Assembly (NCBI GenBank): GCA_964188305.1
Contig: OZ076903.1
DNA from: Podarcis bocagei
Taxonomy: Eukaryota
DNA: 64,000 bases
Strand: one strand, 5' to 3'
The position numbers were made by a program, and so were the translations under genes. Position 1 is the stretch's first letter. Every line of letters starts with the position of its first letter. The notes beneath the pieces were generated by a model. It did not search any database and was not told the origin of the DNA. It saw nothing but the letters and a program-made list of their open reading frames with translations. Below are positions 52,601-64,000 of the stretch, in pieces.

Positions 52601-52769
52601 CAGTGGCGTAGCGTGGGTTGTCAGCACCCGGGGCAAGGCAAGTAATTTGCGCCCCCTAACCCGTGGATTTGCGCCCCCTAACCCGTGGATTTGCGCCCCC
52701 TAACCCTAACCCCCAGATGTTGCGCCCGGTGCGGCCGGCCCCCCCTGCACCCCCCACGCTACGCCACTG
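52601..52769. mobile_element. hAT (Tip100-like) MITE with internal 22-bp tandem repeats
   Basis: 17-bp TIRs CAGTGGCGTAGCGTGGG; 8-bp TSD AGTGCAAG. Confidence 0.92.
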
Positions 52770-54769
52770 AGTGCAAGATCTACTTTATCCCTATAAAGAC
52801 ATTGTGACTGATGAGAGAGCAGGATCCTCCCCTTTCCTGTGTTCCTGCCCAATTTTGTACATTATATATTATGTTTACATGGGTGCCAGCATGTTCAGAG
52901 CCCAGATCAGGTAGATCCACACCATTGGTATACTTTGGTTTTGTAGATCATGTGTAACCAATGCCGGCTCTGTGAGTTGGATGCAGATTAAATTGTTTGC
53001 ACATAGGCTGTAATGCTAAACTCATTTATGTGGACTGGGAGGAAGCCCCATTGCATTTAGTGGGACTTAACTTCTGAGTAAACATGGTTAGGGTTGTGCT
53101 GTGAGTTCCCACCAAAACTCTTCACTCTTCACAACTGATTTCATTGCAGGCTCCTATGAAAACATGTGATCATCAAGTGAGATCATGGACTGATTAGGTG
53201 GACCAGTTTGATCACAGTTCTGGACCACGTGCACATTGCGAACATCTGCATAAAGCCTTCCTTAGATATGACAGCATATAGAGGACTTACGCCTGATTTG
53301 TTCCCTCGATTTGTATGTTGTCCAAATGCAAGTTAACTAGAACATCCACCGAAGCGTGAATATATGTAAATATTTTATGAGTAATTCATCATGTGCACAA
53401 ACCAGGCTTAATACATCGAATATAAAAGCAGATTAGTCTTCTGAGGCAACTCTGCAAAAAAAGCTGACTAACCATGCAGAAAAACAAAGCAAGTAGAACA
53501 AATATGATCTCAGCAATATGCTTCACGGGTAGCATATATTCGTTCCTCTCATAGGTAGTTTTTGCCTTACACTGTAATTCCTGACAATTATTACTAAATT
53601 ATGCATAGCCTAATTGGTCCAAATATGAGAGCTCTTTGAAAGAAAGAAAAAAATAGATATAAGTGTGCACTGAGAAATAATTTAAAATATTTAAAAAAAT
53701 ATTTCCTGTTAAACTTTTTCATGTCAAATAGAGATTCTTAATTATTACAGCTCTCTTCATCTTTGTCACTTTAGTTGTCACTGTCTTCCCAATTTCCACA
53801 CAATATGTCGCCTTCACTACTATCCGCTGCAATTAAAAGGCATCACTTTTTGAAGCCACAGATTCAGGAGGTATTCTTTCCCATGCAGTTAAAATCCAGT
53901 GGCATAGCAAATCCACCAATGGTTTTTTTAATTTTTATGCTCGGTGAGACGGCATTATTTCCTGACAAAAACAAATCAGAGCCCTTCCTTTGGAGAGCTT
54001 ATTCACAACCGCATCAAGGGCTTGTAGCTGTGATGCCGTTCCACATGGAACAACTACTAAATCTGATTTTGATTATCCATCTTCTTAACTTTGGGGGGGA
54101 AGATGCCATCTAAATGCATCTACCACTAGCATTGCCCCCCCCCCCACTTTTTACAGAATAGTCGCTATCCACCCTATTTTTGGGCATCCCACAACTGTTC
54201 TGGTGGGGAGTGTTTCTTTTGGAAGTATTTTTCCTCTCAGTATAACATATTGCGATGAGTTGGCGGGGGAGTAGGCTGCATGCCTGGGCCCTGCTTAATT
54301 CCTGGATCCAGCATGGATTCAGTTCCTGGAACAGGCAGGCTAGCTTCCTGGTGAAGTAATGTATGGGCCACTAAGGTAACAAAGGAAGTGGCTCTGTGCC
54401 AGATATCAAATGGGTGGGCCCTCCTCCCTCAACTCACTGGTAGGTAGAAAGACAAAGGTAGAGCAGACAGTTGAGTTATGTGAACTAGAAGCTGACAGGC
54501 TGGAGGCTGGACAGAGCTATGCTTGATTTGTGTTGGGATTCATGGCTGTGACTATGGCGGAAGCAAATCCCTCTTGGGGTATTTATGCTGTGAAGACACC
54601 ACAGCTTCTCCTGTCCAAAGTCTCTGTCCACAGTCTCTCTCATTCCAAAGGAAACACAAATCCTGTGTAACCCCTGGAATATCACACCCCTCGGAGATTG
54701 GGGTGGCATGCAACTATTACAGCTAACACTGCTATAAGGTGCATTGCCGCCCCCCCCACTCGCCCATTC

Positions 54770-55265
54770 TTCATGGACAGATTCCACTCCTTTCTTTTTC
54801 ATGATCATGCTGCTTGGCATATCAGAGAACATGGCATTTTGTCAGCATTTCTAATTTGGCTAAGATAATGGTTGCGTTTTCTCCTCAGGCCAAGGACATG
54901 CCGTTGGTATTGGACAAACATCTCACTGAAACTGGAAGACAACCACTGAGCAAATGATGTCCCACATTTAAGTAAGAAGCCACTTCTTTGCACAAATATC
55001 CCGGCACCAATTCAAATGCTTTGCAGCTGATTGGCATTCCATTTTCTCTTTGTTCTTTTACAATGGAAAGTACACACTCATCAACCTCATAACGTCGACC
55101 ACATTTAAGCCCTCGAAATGCTTTTTGCATGGAGATGGGATTCTGATTTTTTTCTTCTTTGATCTCCAATGACGCACATTCTTTTCATCAGCACTATATT
55201 TCCTTCCTGTTTCTCTATTGTTTGTCACTTCAGCATAGTTAATAACTGCCATTTTGAAATTTGTC
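54770..55265 (-). mobile_element. Degenerate pogo-family transposase remnant (Brinker-like DBD, CENP-B HTH, start of DDE)
   Basis: FKMAVINYAEVTNNRETGRKYSADEKNVRHWR, AFRGLKCGR..VKEQRENGMPIS, LGLRRK, IRNADKMP and FSDMPS..KKGVESV spread over shifted frames. Confidence 0.85.
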
Positions 55266-55578
55266 CCATCTCAGCCCCCAACTGATAGATGTTTTCCCCT
55301 GACATGGACACCCATATTTTTATTATCTAAAAACATGTGCTACCTCACACGATGAATAACTCACTAGGCAACTAGTGCCGCCTGTCAAGAATGATGGGTG
55401 ATGCTTTTACAAAAACAACCGAAGTATATCAAAGTTCTGCATGGTTCCTGAGTCCTCATCTTACATTACAGTTTCTCTACCTTTACTTTAGGCCACACTT
55501 AGGCTTATACAAGCCAGAATTTTTTTTTGGGGGGGGAATGCAGCCTGTACAACAACTTCGGGAGAATAATTTAAAGTA

Positions 55579-55917
55579 CAGTGGTGCCTCGCAAGACGAA
55601 AAGAATCCGTTCTGTGATTCTCTTCGTCTAGCGGTTTTTTTGTCTTGCGAAGCAAGCCCATTGACGGATTAGCGCTATTAGCGGCTTTTAGTGGCTTTTA
55701 GCGGCTTATCTGCTGATCGGATCAGCTGATAAGCGGCTTAGCGGCTTAGAAAAAGGGGGGGAAAGGGGAAAAAACCCAGCAGGAACTCGCAAGACATTGT
55801 CGTCTTGTGAAGCAAGCCCATAGGAAATTCGTTTTGCAAAGCACCTCCAAAACGGAAAACTCTTTCGTCTAGCGAGTTTTCTGTCTTGCGAGGCATTCGT
55901 CTTGCGGAGCACCACTG
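55579..55917. mobile_element. Tc1/mariner-superfamily MITE (family of 26011)
   Basis: TA|CAGTGGTGCCTC ... GAGCACCACTG|TA. Confidence 0.9.
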
Positions 55918-56119
55918 TATTAAATATATTTTCTTAAGTACATTTCAGCTGTAGATTCACATGTATGCTTGTGTTTGTGCAAACTGTATGTGTCTTGCTC
56001 TGTTTTGTTTTTACTTTTGCACTGGTTTTATTAGTTCCATTTTTAAAATGGACTTTAAAATTGCATTTTGAGTCGCCTTGAGACACGCTATAGCTGTAAT
56101 GATTACTGTCAAAGTACAA

Positions 56120-56310
56120 CTTGGTTGTGCCAGGTACAAATCCTTACTCAGCCATGAATTCACTAGGTGACCTTGGGCCAGTTGCCATCTCTTAGCCTAT
56201 CCCATCTCACAGGGTTGTTGTGGCCTGTTTCCCATGATGGTTGTGAAGGAGAACAATGTACACTGCCCTGAGCTCCTTGGAGAAGGGCAGGATAAAAACG
56301 TAATTAAATG
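56120..56310 (+). mobile_element. tRNA-derived SINE (Squam3/CORE-like)
   Basis: GGTGACCTTGGGCCAGT...CTCACAGGGTTGTTGTG core and A-rich end. Confidence 0.6.
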
Positions 56311-56398
56311 CATGCACAAGATGAACAACAGTGGACAACATACCATAGGTTTTATGAGTTCGAAATGAAGGGCTTGCATTTTTTTTCTCTTCTCATAA

Positions 56399-56531
56399 TA
56401 AGGTTACCAGATTTTTTTCAGTGAATCCGGGGACACTTTTCAACTGCCTACTAAATAGATGGATTTTGTCAGGGAACTGATTTATAAACCTGGGGACTGT
56501 CCCTGGGAAACGGGGACGTCTGGTAACCTTA
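56399..56531. mobile_element. hAT MITE
   Basis: TAAGGTTACCAGA TIRs; 8-bp TSD TCTCATAA. Confidence 0.9.
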
Positions 56532-58731
56532 TCTCATAAACCAACTGAAACGAACATACAAGTCACTGGAAGGCAGCTCATACAGTCAAGAATCGTCACT
56601 TGTAGTGTGAAAGCTTTCAGAACCTCAGGTATTAAATTATTATACTATCATGAAGCTTTCCCTAGTATAATGCTTTGAGTATTGTGCATTTCTGGGGAGT
56701 CTTCAATCTTGTAGATGCAGTATGCCTTATTCCTTGAAATATAACAGCTTTGATTACTTCCAGAAAGCTGCAGTTACCTATAATTTGAAGAGGGAAAAGA
56801 GTTTACTATGGCTAACTACTATAGCTTTTCTGTTTCCGATGGCATTGACCTAGTAGGGGACAGATAACAGCTGTCTTGGGGTAGAACTAATATATTCTGG
56901 GATAAAAGCTGCAAAAAACTATGCTATATTCATAGTCTTTTCTTGAGCAGATTAGACTATTCACAAATCAGCAACTCTGGATTAGTCTCTTGAATTGTTT
57001 TTTAAAAAACCCAAACAGCAGCAGCACACCTTTGGGTGCAATTTTCATGATTGCGTGTGCCAAATTTCTGTGGATTTTATCTCCCTGTCTGCAGTTCTGT
57101 TAGCTGAACGGTCAAGTTTACTTTTTATGCTCAAGAGATTAAAAGTGGTTTGAAGTTCAGTGCTGAGGGTTGCAATCATGAAAATGGATGTTCAAAAGCA
57201 TATTGTACATTATTTCCTCTTGTAGGGTTGCACCCCTTTAAGTCCAGAATGTTTCTTTTTCACAAACTCAAATGTCCGGTGTCTAGATATGTGGTGTCAT
57301 CTTAGTTGTGTTTTGTCCTGTAGAGCTTTAAAAGTCTAAGCAGCCCCCCCATTCACATGACTGTCCACCCCCCCACCATAACATTTGCTTGACTGTAATT
57401 GAATTGAATTAGTACAGTCCACTTTTAATTTCTTTACAGCGAAGCCTGCTGGCTCACTCTAAATATGTTGGGTGTGGGGTGAAATGAGAAACACAAGACT
57501 CACAGCTGTTTTTGTCAGAATTATTTAATGTCAATGAAATGGTTTAGAATAGAAGATACCTTGTTTTGTGACAAAATAGAACTTGGTGCGTTACTATGCT
57601 GACCTTTGCCTCATTACTTTGCGGAGAAATAGTGCCAACCATTCTCTTTTCCACAATGATATTGAATCATTCCCAATTAACAGTGTGAAGGACTAGCAAA
57701 GTCTGGTGTCTTCCAAAATGGCTTCCTACGCCAAACCCATTGGCTGCTTTTCAGTACTATCTTGCTTTGTAGCAGAAATCACAATTCCAGATTTCCATTT
57801 TTAGGTTCTTCTGTGCAGTAAACAAAGGGCTGAAACTGCCGAAACTACCTGAAAGGTCGGACATTGGTGATTTGATCTTTTTGTCTCTTTAAACTTGCAT
57901 AAAAAGCAGTCAATGGGAACTCTAATCTAGATTGGGGCTATTGTTTGGGGGAGGAGAGTTAATTCTCTCCTCAGCTGCTGTTTGTCCTGTTAAAGCAAAG
58001 TTCTGTTCAGACACCAGGGAAGTAATGCAGATACCGAAACACAGGTGTAAAGTATTCCTAGCAAACTACCTTCTCAAAATGTCTCCTAATACTGTAGTGT
58101 TCAAGGGCAGTTCTACACTAAGAATTCTATGTTAAGTTTTAGACAGATCTAGGTTAAGTTTTTGTGATAACTAGGTTTCAGTGTAGTGTGCATCAAATAT
58201 GACCTACACATATAAACTTTTATTATCACCACTATACACTATAAGCAAACTTTTTTTAAATCTCTCGTGCTTACAGCGATAAGTAAACATGCAAATGTCA
58301 TTAGCGTTTCAGGGTTAGAATGCTTTTTGCTTTGTTCGTATCAATTGCTGTATAATACTAAATTTCTAGAATGCTGCCCAGGCTTCAGTGAGCTTGCTAA
58401 TCCCTCTTTTTCATTAAATCAGTATTAGCAGAGACAATTGCGTGTCCTATCATCTTCCCTTTTCCACATTGCAGTAAGATATCTTATGTAGATACATGAA
58501 TTCCAATGAGCTTTGTCCTCTTTGTATTAATAAAAAAAGACCTACTGCTCTGACACGTTCTTTGGTCTGGCTGATTTCATCTTAAACTGAAGTCTCCTGA
58601 TATGATCACTTATCACTTGGGCAGCATCTTGATGTCTGGAAATTGATTTTCCAGATCTGCATAAGCTTTTACTGCTGTTTCCTCGTTGCTGCTGTTAGTG
58701 AAGTGGTAGACATACCTATGGAAGTGTAGGG

Positions 58732-59007
58732 CAGGGGTCGGCAAGGTTTACCTCACATGGGCCAGTTCACTCCAGCGGAGATCCCTCCGCGGGCCAGATC
58801 TCGTGCGTGCATGTGATTTCCAGAGTCTGCGCAGATGCGATTTCTGGCACCGCGGAAGCAAGTCCCCACACTGCGCTGTGCCGGTTTAGCACAGCACATG
58901 GGGACTTGCGGAGTAGCTTGGTAGCTCGGTTTGGGGGCGGCTCAGGGGCAGGTTAAATGACCCCGTGGGCTGCTTGTGGCTCGCGGACCTTAGGTTGCCG
59001 ACCCCTG
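58732..59007. mobile_element. hAT MITE
   Basis: CAGGGGTCGGCAA TIRs; 8-bp TSD GTGTAGGG. Confidence 0.92.
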
Positions 59008-60395
59008 GTGTAGGGCAACAAACTGGGGAAAAGACAGAGCAGGAGGGAATCCCTACAGACATAGGAGATCTCAAGCATGCTGGAAAATTCTGGGTTGTTA
59101 TTTTTAAGCTGTGCTCCCCTAAACCAGCAGGGCACACAGGCAACTACCGGTAATGTCCACTGCTCTCATGCTATCTGCAGATGATGGCAGGGGAAGCAAA
59201 CAGCTTGTGGCAATTAAGATGGTTGCTATTTTCAGGTGGGATTCAATCACATGCTGGCAAATTCAGGTTGCGCAATTAAGGTTGGTTTGGCCCTCTCGTG
59301 CCACAAAACTTCCCTCTCCTCCCCAAAACATACCCACACACATTTTGTGTAAGGAAAGTGACAGGAAAATGCACTGGCAAGTGTGGGGGTAATAATTGCT
59401 TTGACATAATGCCATCTCACCTCCCTAACAACAAATGAGAATGAATGCTCCTTCAGTGACAAATAATCTCTCTGCCATCCTGTCAGGATGTCTGGTTCCC
59501 TAAAGGTTGTCTGGTTCCCTAAAACAAAATTCAGGAATCGAGAATTGCGTATCGCCTCTAACAGAAGAGTTCTTACATTCAGAATGCCTTAGGCGTAATA
59601 ATAGAAAACTGGAGTGCTTTTGCAAATAATTTGTTTTGAAGCCTCCCTTTTTTCTGCATTGCAATGTTGTTGTTGTTGTTTAAAAAAACCAAGCAAAAAA
59701 AAGTTCCCCTCTATTTTAAATTGACCCCTTAAGCTGTTATTTACTTTGTGGGGTGGGGCAGATGATATCTGGACGATATCTATTGTTTGTAGTATTTATT
59801 CCCAACCTTTCAATTTAATATTTCACCTATGCAGCTTGTAATAGGCTATGAAATGGTTTGCAGATAACACTAAGTCAAATTATGGTTCAGAGAGAACATG
59901 CAGGTCCCCAAAGAAAATATTGTCACCACTGAGTTCCTCCCCTAGTCCTGCTGCTTTTGCTGCAGTGAGCTAAGGCATGGTTTGACTCAGGGGCTTGTGC
60001 AACTCTGGACAAAGCAAAGTTAGTTCTCTGGTTTATAGATCATGGTTTGTCTGGAGGAGACAAACCATGAACCTGGGTTTGGGAGTAGCTCTCCTGTCAG
60101 TCAGAGCCACAGTGAGCTTCCCAGCAGCAGCATCACTGCCACCTCCTGGGAGAAGCAAGGTAACAGCAGTGAGGTTGGGGCTGTGCAAATGCACAGTTGG
60201 GCTGCCCACAGGGTACTGCTGTGGCTCCGCCCCACTAGGTGAGTTGCTCCTGGATATAAATATAATAATGAATAAATAATACCATTTCTGGGGTCAAAGC
60301 AGTTGACAGAGGAGAAGAAATGCAAAGAAAAACATACACAAGAATAGAATGGATGAGTGTAGATATATTCATAGTTATTTAGTTTGGTAGTTGGC

Positions 60396-60396
<1 letters not shown>

Positions 60397-60449
<53 letters not shown>
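60397..60449. repeat. (ATT)n microsatellite
   Basis: Seen directly. Confidence 0.95.
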
Positions 60450-60451
<2 letters not shown>

Positions 60452-60473
60452 TGGATTTGCTACTCATCCTTCA

Positions 60474-60690
60474 GGGACGCGGGTGGCGTTGTGGTCTAAA
60501 CCACAGAGCCTAGGGCTTGCCGATCAGAAGGTTGGCGGTTCGAATCCCCACGACAGTGTGAGCTCCCGTTGCTCGGTCCCTGCTCCTGCTAACCTAGCAG
60601 TTCAAAAGCACATCAAAGTGCAAGTAGATAAATAGGTACCGCTCCAGCGGGAAGGTAAACAGCGTTTCCGTGCACTGCTCTGGTTCGCCA
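60474..60690 (+). mobile_element. Sauria SINE, 3' truncated
   Basis: GGGACGCGGGTGGCGTTGTGGTCTAAACCACAGAGCC head and body. Confidence 0.9.
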
Positions 60691-61606
60691 TGCTAAAAGT
60701 CCATGCTAAATGTAAACCTCAGAAGATGTGATTTTCTTGAAAATTATTTATTAAAGAAGTGTACTAAGAGAAGGGGCGTAGTGGGGGAGTGTCAGAGGGG
60801 CCCCCGGCCCTGGGTGTGGACTTTTGAGGGGACACAAAGCTGGCACCCCCAGGCAGGTGTAATGGGAAACCAAGGCTCATAGAGAGGAGCATCTGGCTAG
60901 GCTGCACTGGGGACACTGTTGTGGGAGCACCTGGTTCACACCTGCTGTGCCAGCTGGCCGAGTTCCCCCTGTATGGGCAGGCAGAAGGTGCAGTGGAGCC
61001 CTGCTTTGCTCCGGTGCGGGGCGGTGTCACTCCATCGATGTCAGCGGCGGGAGCTGAGGTGCTGCAATGGGCTCCTTCACCCTGTGCACACACACCCCGG
61101 TGTATGTGCCTCCCCCCCCCCAAGTGCCCTGGGCACCATGAGCTTACTCAGTGTTGCTGACTAAGAGGACCTTTAAAGAAAAAAATAATTGGGATAAATA
61201 GTATTTCTAAAGTGCGGTAGAATAATGGGAAGAAGAATGGAAGCCCATAAGCATTATTATGTCAGTTTAACAGCTTGGAAGCCTTTATAGGTAGATATAG
61301 CATCTGCTTTATACAGTATGTAGGAACAAGCTTTAGGTTGTTTTCAGAAGTGATGCAGAAATAGATTGTTTTATTGATGTTTGTTTGTTTTAAACAAATC
61401 CTTCTTATCATTTATCATGAAGAAAAGGAGCCAGTGCCAGCCTTGGCTCACACAGCAGTGCAGTTGAGAGAAGCAGTTTGGAAGCTTTCACTTTCATTTT
61501 CAATTCGCTGCAGCTTGCATTTCGTCTCAACCTGACAAATTGTGATTAAGCTTAACCATGCATTGTTTGAAACAATATGCTTTCAGCTGGAGGACTATGA
61601 ACTAAA

Positions 61607-61920
61607 CACTCACCACTTCCCCGGTGGGCACCGGCTGCAGACCCTTGCTCTCCGCCTCCTTCCCGGTCAGCCGGACCCACATGGTTGGCGGCCAATGGGG
61701 AATTCCACTCAACCATCACAACCATAGGGGCATTACCTCCCGGCCCATAAGCTGGGTTCAAATGGGCCAATTAGGGCCCAAGTCTTGGGAAATTACTTTG
61801 CTTTCCGGCTGGGCATTGGTCACAGCCGTGACATTCCTTGCTGGCTACAGCCGGGCAGGGCAGAGGAACCCCTCCAGACCGCATCCAAATTGCCCTTCAC
61901 AGTGGACCAGGCATTTGGCT
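61607..61920. repeat. Unidentified GC-rich dispersed sequence, homologous over 61607-61763 to the middle of SHOC1 exon Y
   Basis: Direct alignment to 37353-37508 and 38922-39077; right boundary approximate. Confidence 0.7.
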
Positions 61921-63324
61921 TGCTCTGTAAAATAACCAAAGGGAGCAAACATATCCCAACCTCCATAAAAGCAGAGACCAAAATATTAAGCTACGGTAAA
62001 TATTTAGAAGATATTAAAGATGTCAAAAATATTAAAGTGACGTTAAAGGCCTGGGAGAACAAAACAGTCTGACCAGTGCTGAAAAGCCATCAATGCTCTT
62101 TTGCCTGTCTACATGTCCTCCACTTGAGGCTCAAAAGTGCTCCGTATCAGCTCAAACATATTTAGGAATAATTACGATAAGATTTGATCAAGCTGCAGTA
62201 ACATAGGGAGGTTGTTGTTGTTTTTACCATTCACAGGTTCACTGTGCAAGGACAAAACCTAGTATTTAACAGCCCTCGATACCTTATGAAACATTTTAAG
62301 GGACGACACTTTTCAGGCCCTTTTAAGATGGTATGGGCAATGCCTGGTGAAATCTTGAAATGCAGAATGCACTGAGCAGTTTCCAATAGATGTTTTGATT
62401 GCAGACCTTTAGTGGCCTGCAGAGGGCAGAGCCTCAGTGCACAATGAACTGCTGCTGCAGTACATCATGACTAGTAGTCATTAGTATCCTCTATGAATTT
62501 GTCTAATCCTCTTTTAAATCCACCCAAGTTGGTGCATTGTGGTAGTGAATTTCAGCCGTACCTCACAGATTTCTGCTTCTTGGCACCAGCATTTGATATT
62601 ACTTTGAGATTTATATATTTTTAGAGCAATATATGCAACCTCCGGAACTGTTCTCGTCATCTGTATTACATTTGTTTGACTGAGGTGCCTAATCCATGTA
62701 CCTGCTTTGCTGTGAAGTGGGTTTGGCTGATAGAGAGAGAGAGTTCTCACTTGAGGCAACCAAAGTAAATTTCATGGCTGCACAAGAAATCTGAATCCAG
62801 GTATAGGCAGCTTCTCTTGCAGTTTGGAAGCAAAAATGCTCAAGCACCATGCATTCCAATGCCAGACATCCCTGACTCTTATGCATTCTTCCAGCATGAG
62901 TCATCCTTCAGTCTTAGGCATTAGGTATTCTGTTGCTTAGGTATTCTGTTGCTTCATGTACCTTTAGAAAAAAACATACATCCCCTGCCAAAAAATCCTA
63001 GGTGTGCTATGATCTACCAACATGTTTAGATTTACAAACCAAGACTGCACACTTGGGATTTCATAATAGGCAAGGCATCATGAATATGAGCTGAAGGATC
63101 CTGCAAAGGCACTCTTGCATTAAAAGAGAAGTAGTATGTTGCTGGATCAGAGCAAGGTAGACCAGAGCTGGACCATTTGTCCATCACAGTCCACCTCTTT
63201 TCTGTTCTACTGAGGTGAAAAATAGGGACAGCTGCTGCACTGCAGTGGTATCTGAAGCTCAATTGCAGGTGGCTGTACAAGAGAACAGCTCACCATAGCT
63301 TCTTAGAAACCTCATGATTTTCAC

Positions 63325-63791
63325 TGTCAGGCAGAAGAGGAACCAACCCCCACAACAGGAACGGATAAGACAAGGAAAAGTCTTTACCATCTGCTTTTTA
63401 TTCAATATTCACAGAGAGAGGCTTGGGAATGCAGCCTCTTGGAATAATGGTGTTGCCCTGAGTGACTCTCCACCCCCTTTTCTCTCACTTCTCCCCTGTG
63501 GGTGGCACTGAGGGCCCTTTGCTTCTGAGCTCTTTGCTCTACTACTTTCAAGGCTCGCTGGGAGAGGGGAGGGTCTGGAATGCTTTCTAAAGTCACTGTG
63601 TCCATCAGCTGTTGCCCTCCTGGTTCTTCCTCTTCCTCCTCTCCTATTATTTCCCAGCTTTCCCCCTCATCTGCCTCTGAGCTGTGACCTCTCTCAAACC
63701 CCTGTTGTAATTCTGAACTGTCTTCTTCTTCTCTAGAAGCGTCAGGTTGGGGGGCGGTCTCCACCATTCCTCTTCTGCCCAGTCCCTGACA
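63325..63791 (-). mobile_element. Solo-LTR-like element
   Basis: TGTCAGG...CCTGACA termini and a minus-strand poly(A)-signal-like motif at ~63397; no TSD seen. Confidence 0.45.
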
Positions 63792-64000
63792 GCCATCCTG
63801 GATGTCTATCATTTCTGTTCTGTTCTTTTAGACACATTTTTGAAGGTGTGCAGAGGCATGCATGGCTGGTCCTAAAGCCAATGGAATGATACCCAAGGCA
63901 TAGAGCAGCCTTAGAACTATGCAAGAGGAATTCACAGTCCATTCTTGTTCTACAGCTGATTCCGGCTCTACCAATAATTGGGCAGGAGGGGGAGAAAACA

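Noticed and set aside
63402-63812. 136-aa acidic ORF
   Set aside because: Lies almost entirely within the LTR-like repeat; no splice context or recognisable homology.
49500-64000. Expected neighbouring gene UGCG (mammalian synteny, from memory)
   Set aside because: No UGCG-like exon or CpG-island promoter recognised; it probably lies beyond the window.

Overview
Vertebrate genomic DNA, most likely from a lacertid lizard (Sauria SINEs, squamate L2/CR1 LINEs, many hAT and Tc1/mariner-pogo MITEs). Two convergent genes are present. On + are the last coding exon and probable 3'UTR exon of GNG10 (~3.7-6.7 kb). On - is an apparently complete SHOC1 (C9orf84/ZIP2-like meiotic crossover factor; ATG 48539, stop 9899). 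I assembled it by hand from 27 GT-AG exons with consistent phases (4974 nt, ~1657 aa). Three things stand out. (1) A 2.3-kb hAT element in a SHOC1 intron has perfect 15-bp TIRs and an 8-bp TSD, and carries what looks like another gene's CpG-island promoter, signal-peptide-like first exon and intron start (a Pack-TIR-type capture). (2) Two SHOC1 exons are tandemly duplicated in frame, adding 165 aa. (3) A ~52-codon in-frame segment of the duplicated exon is homologous to an intergenic sequence at 61.6 kb, suggesting a repeat inserted into coding sequence. Comparisons with human proteins are from memory and need database confirmation.
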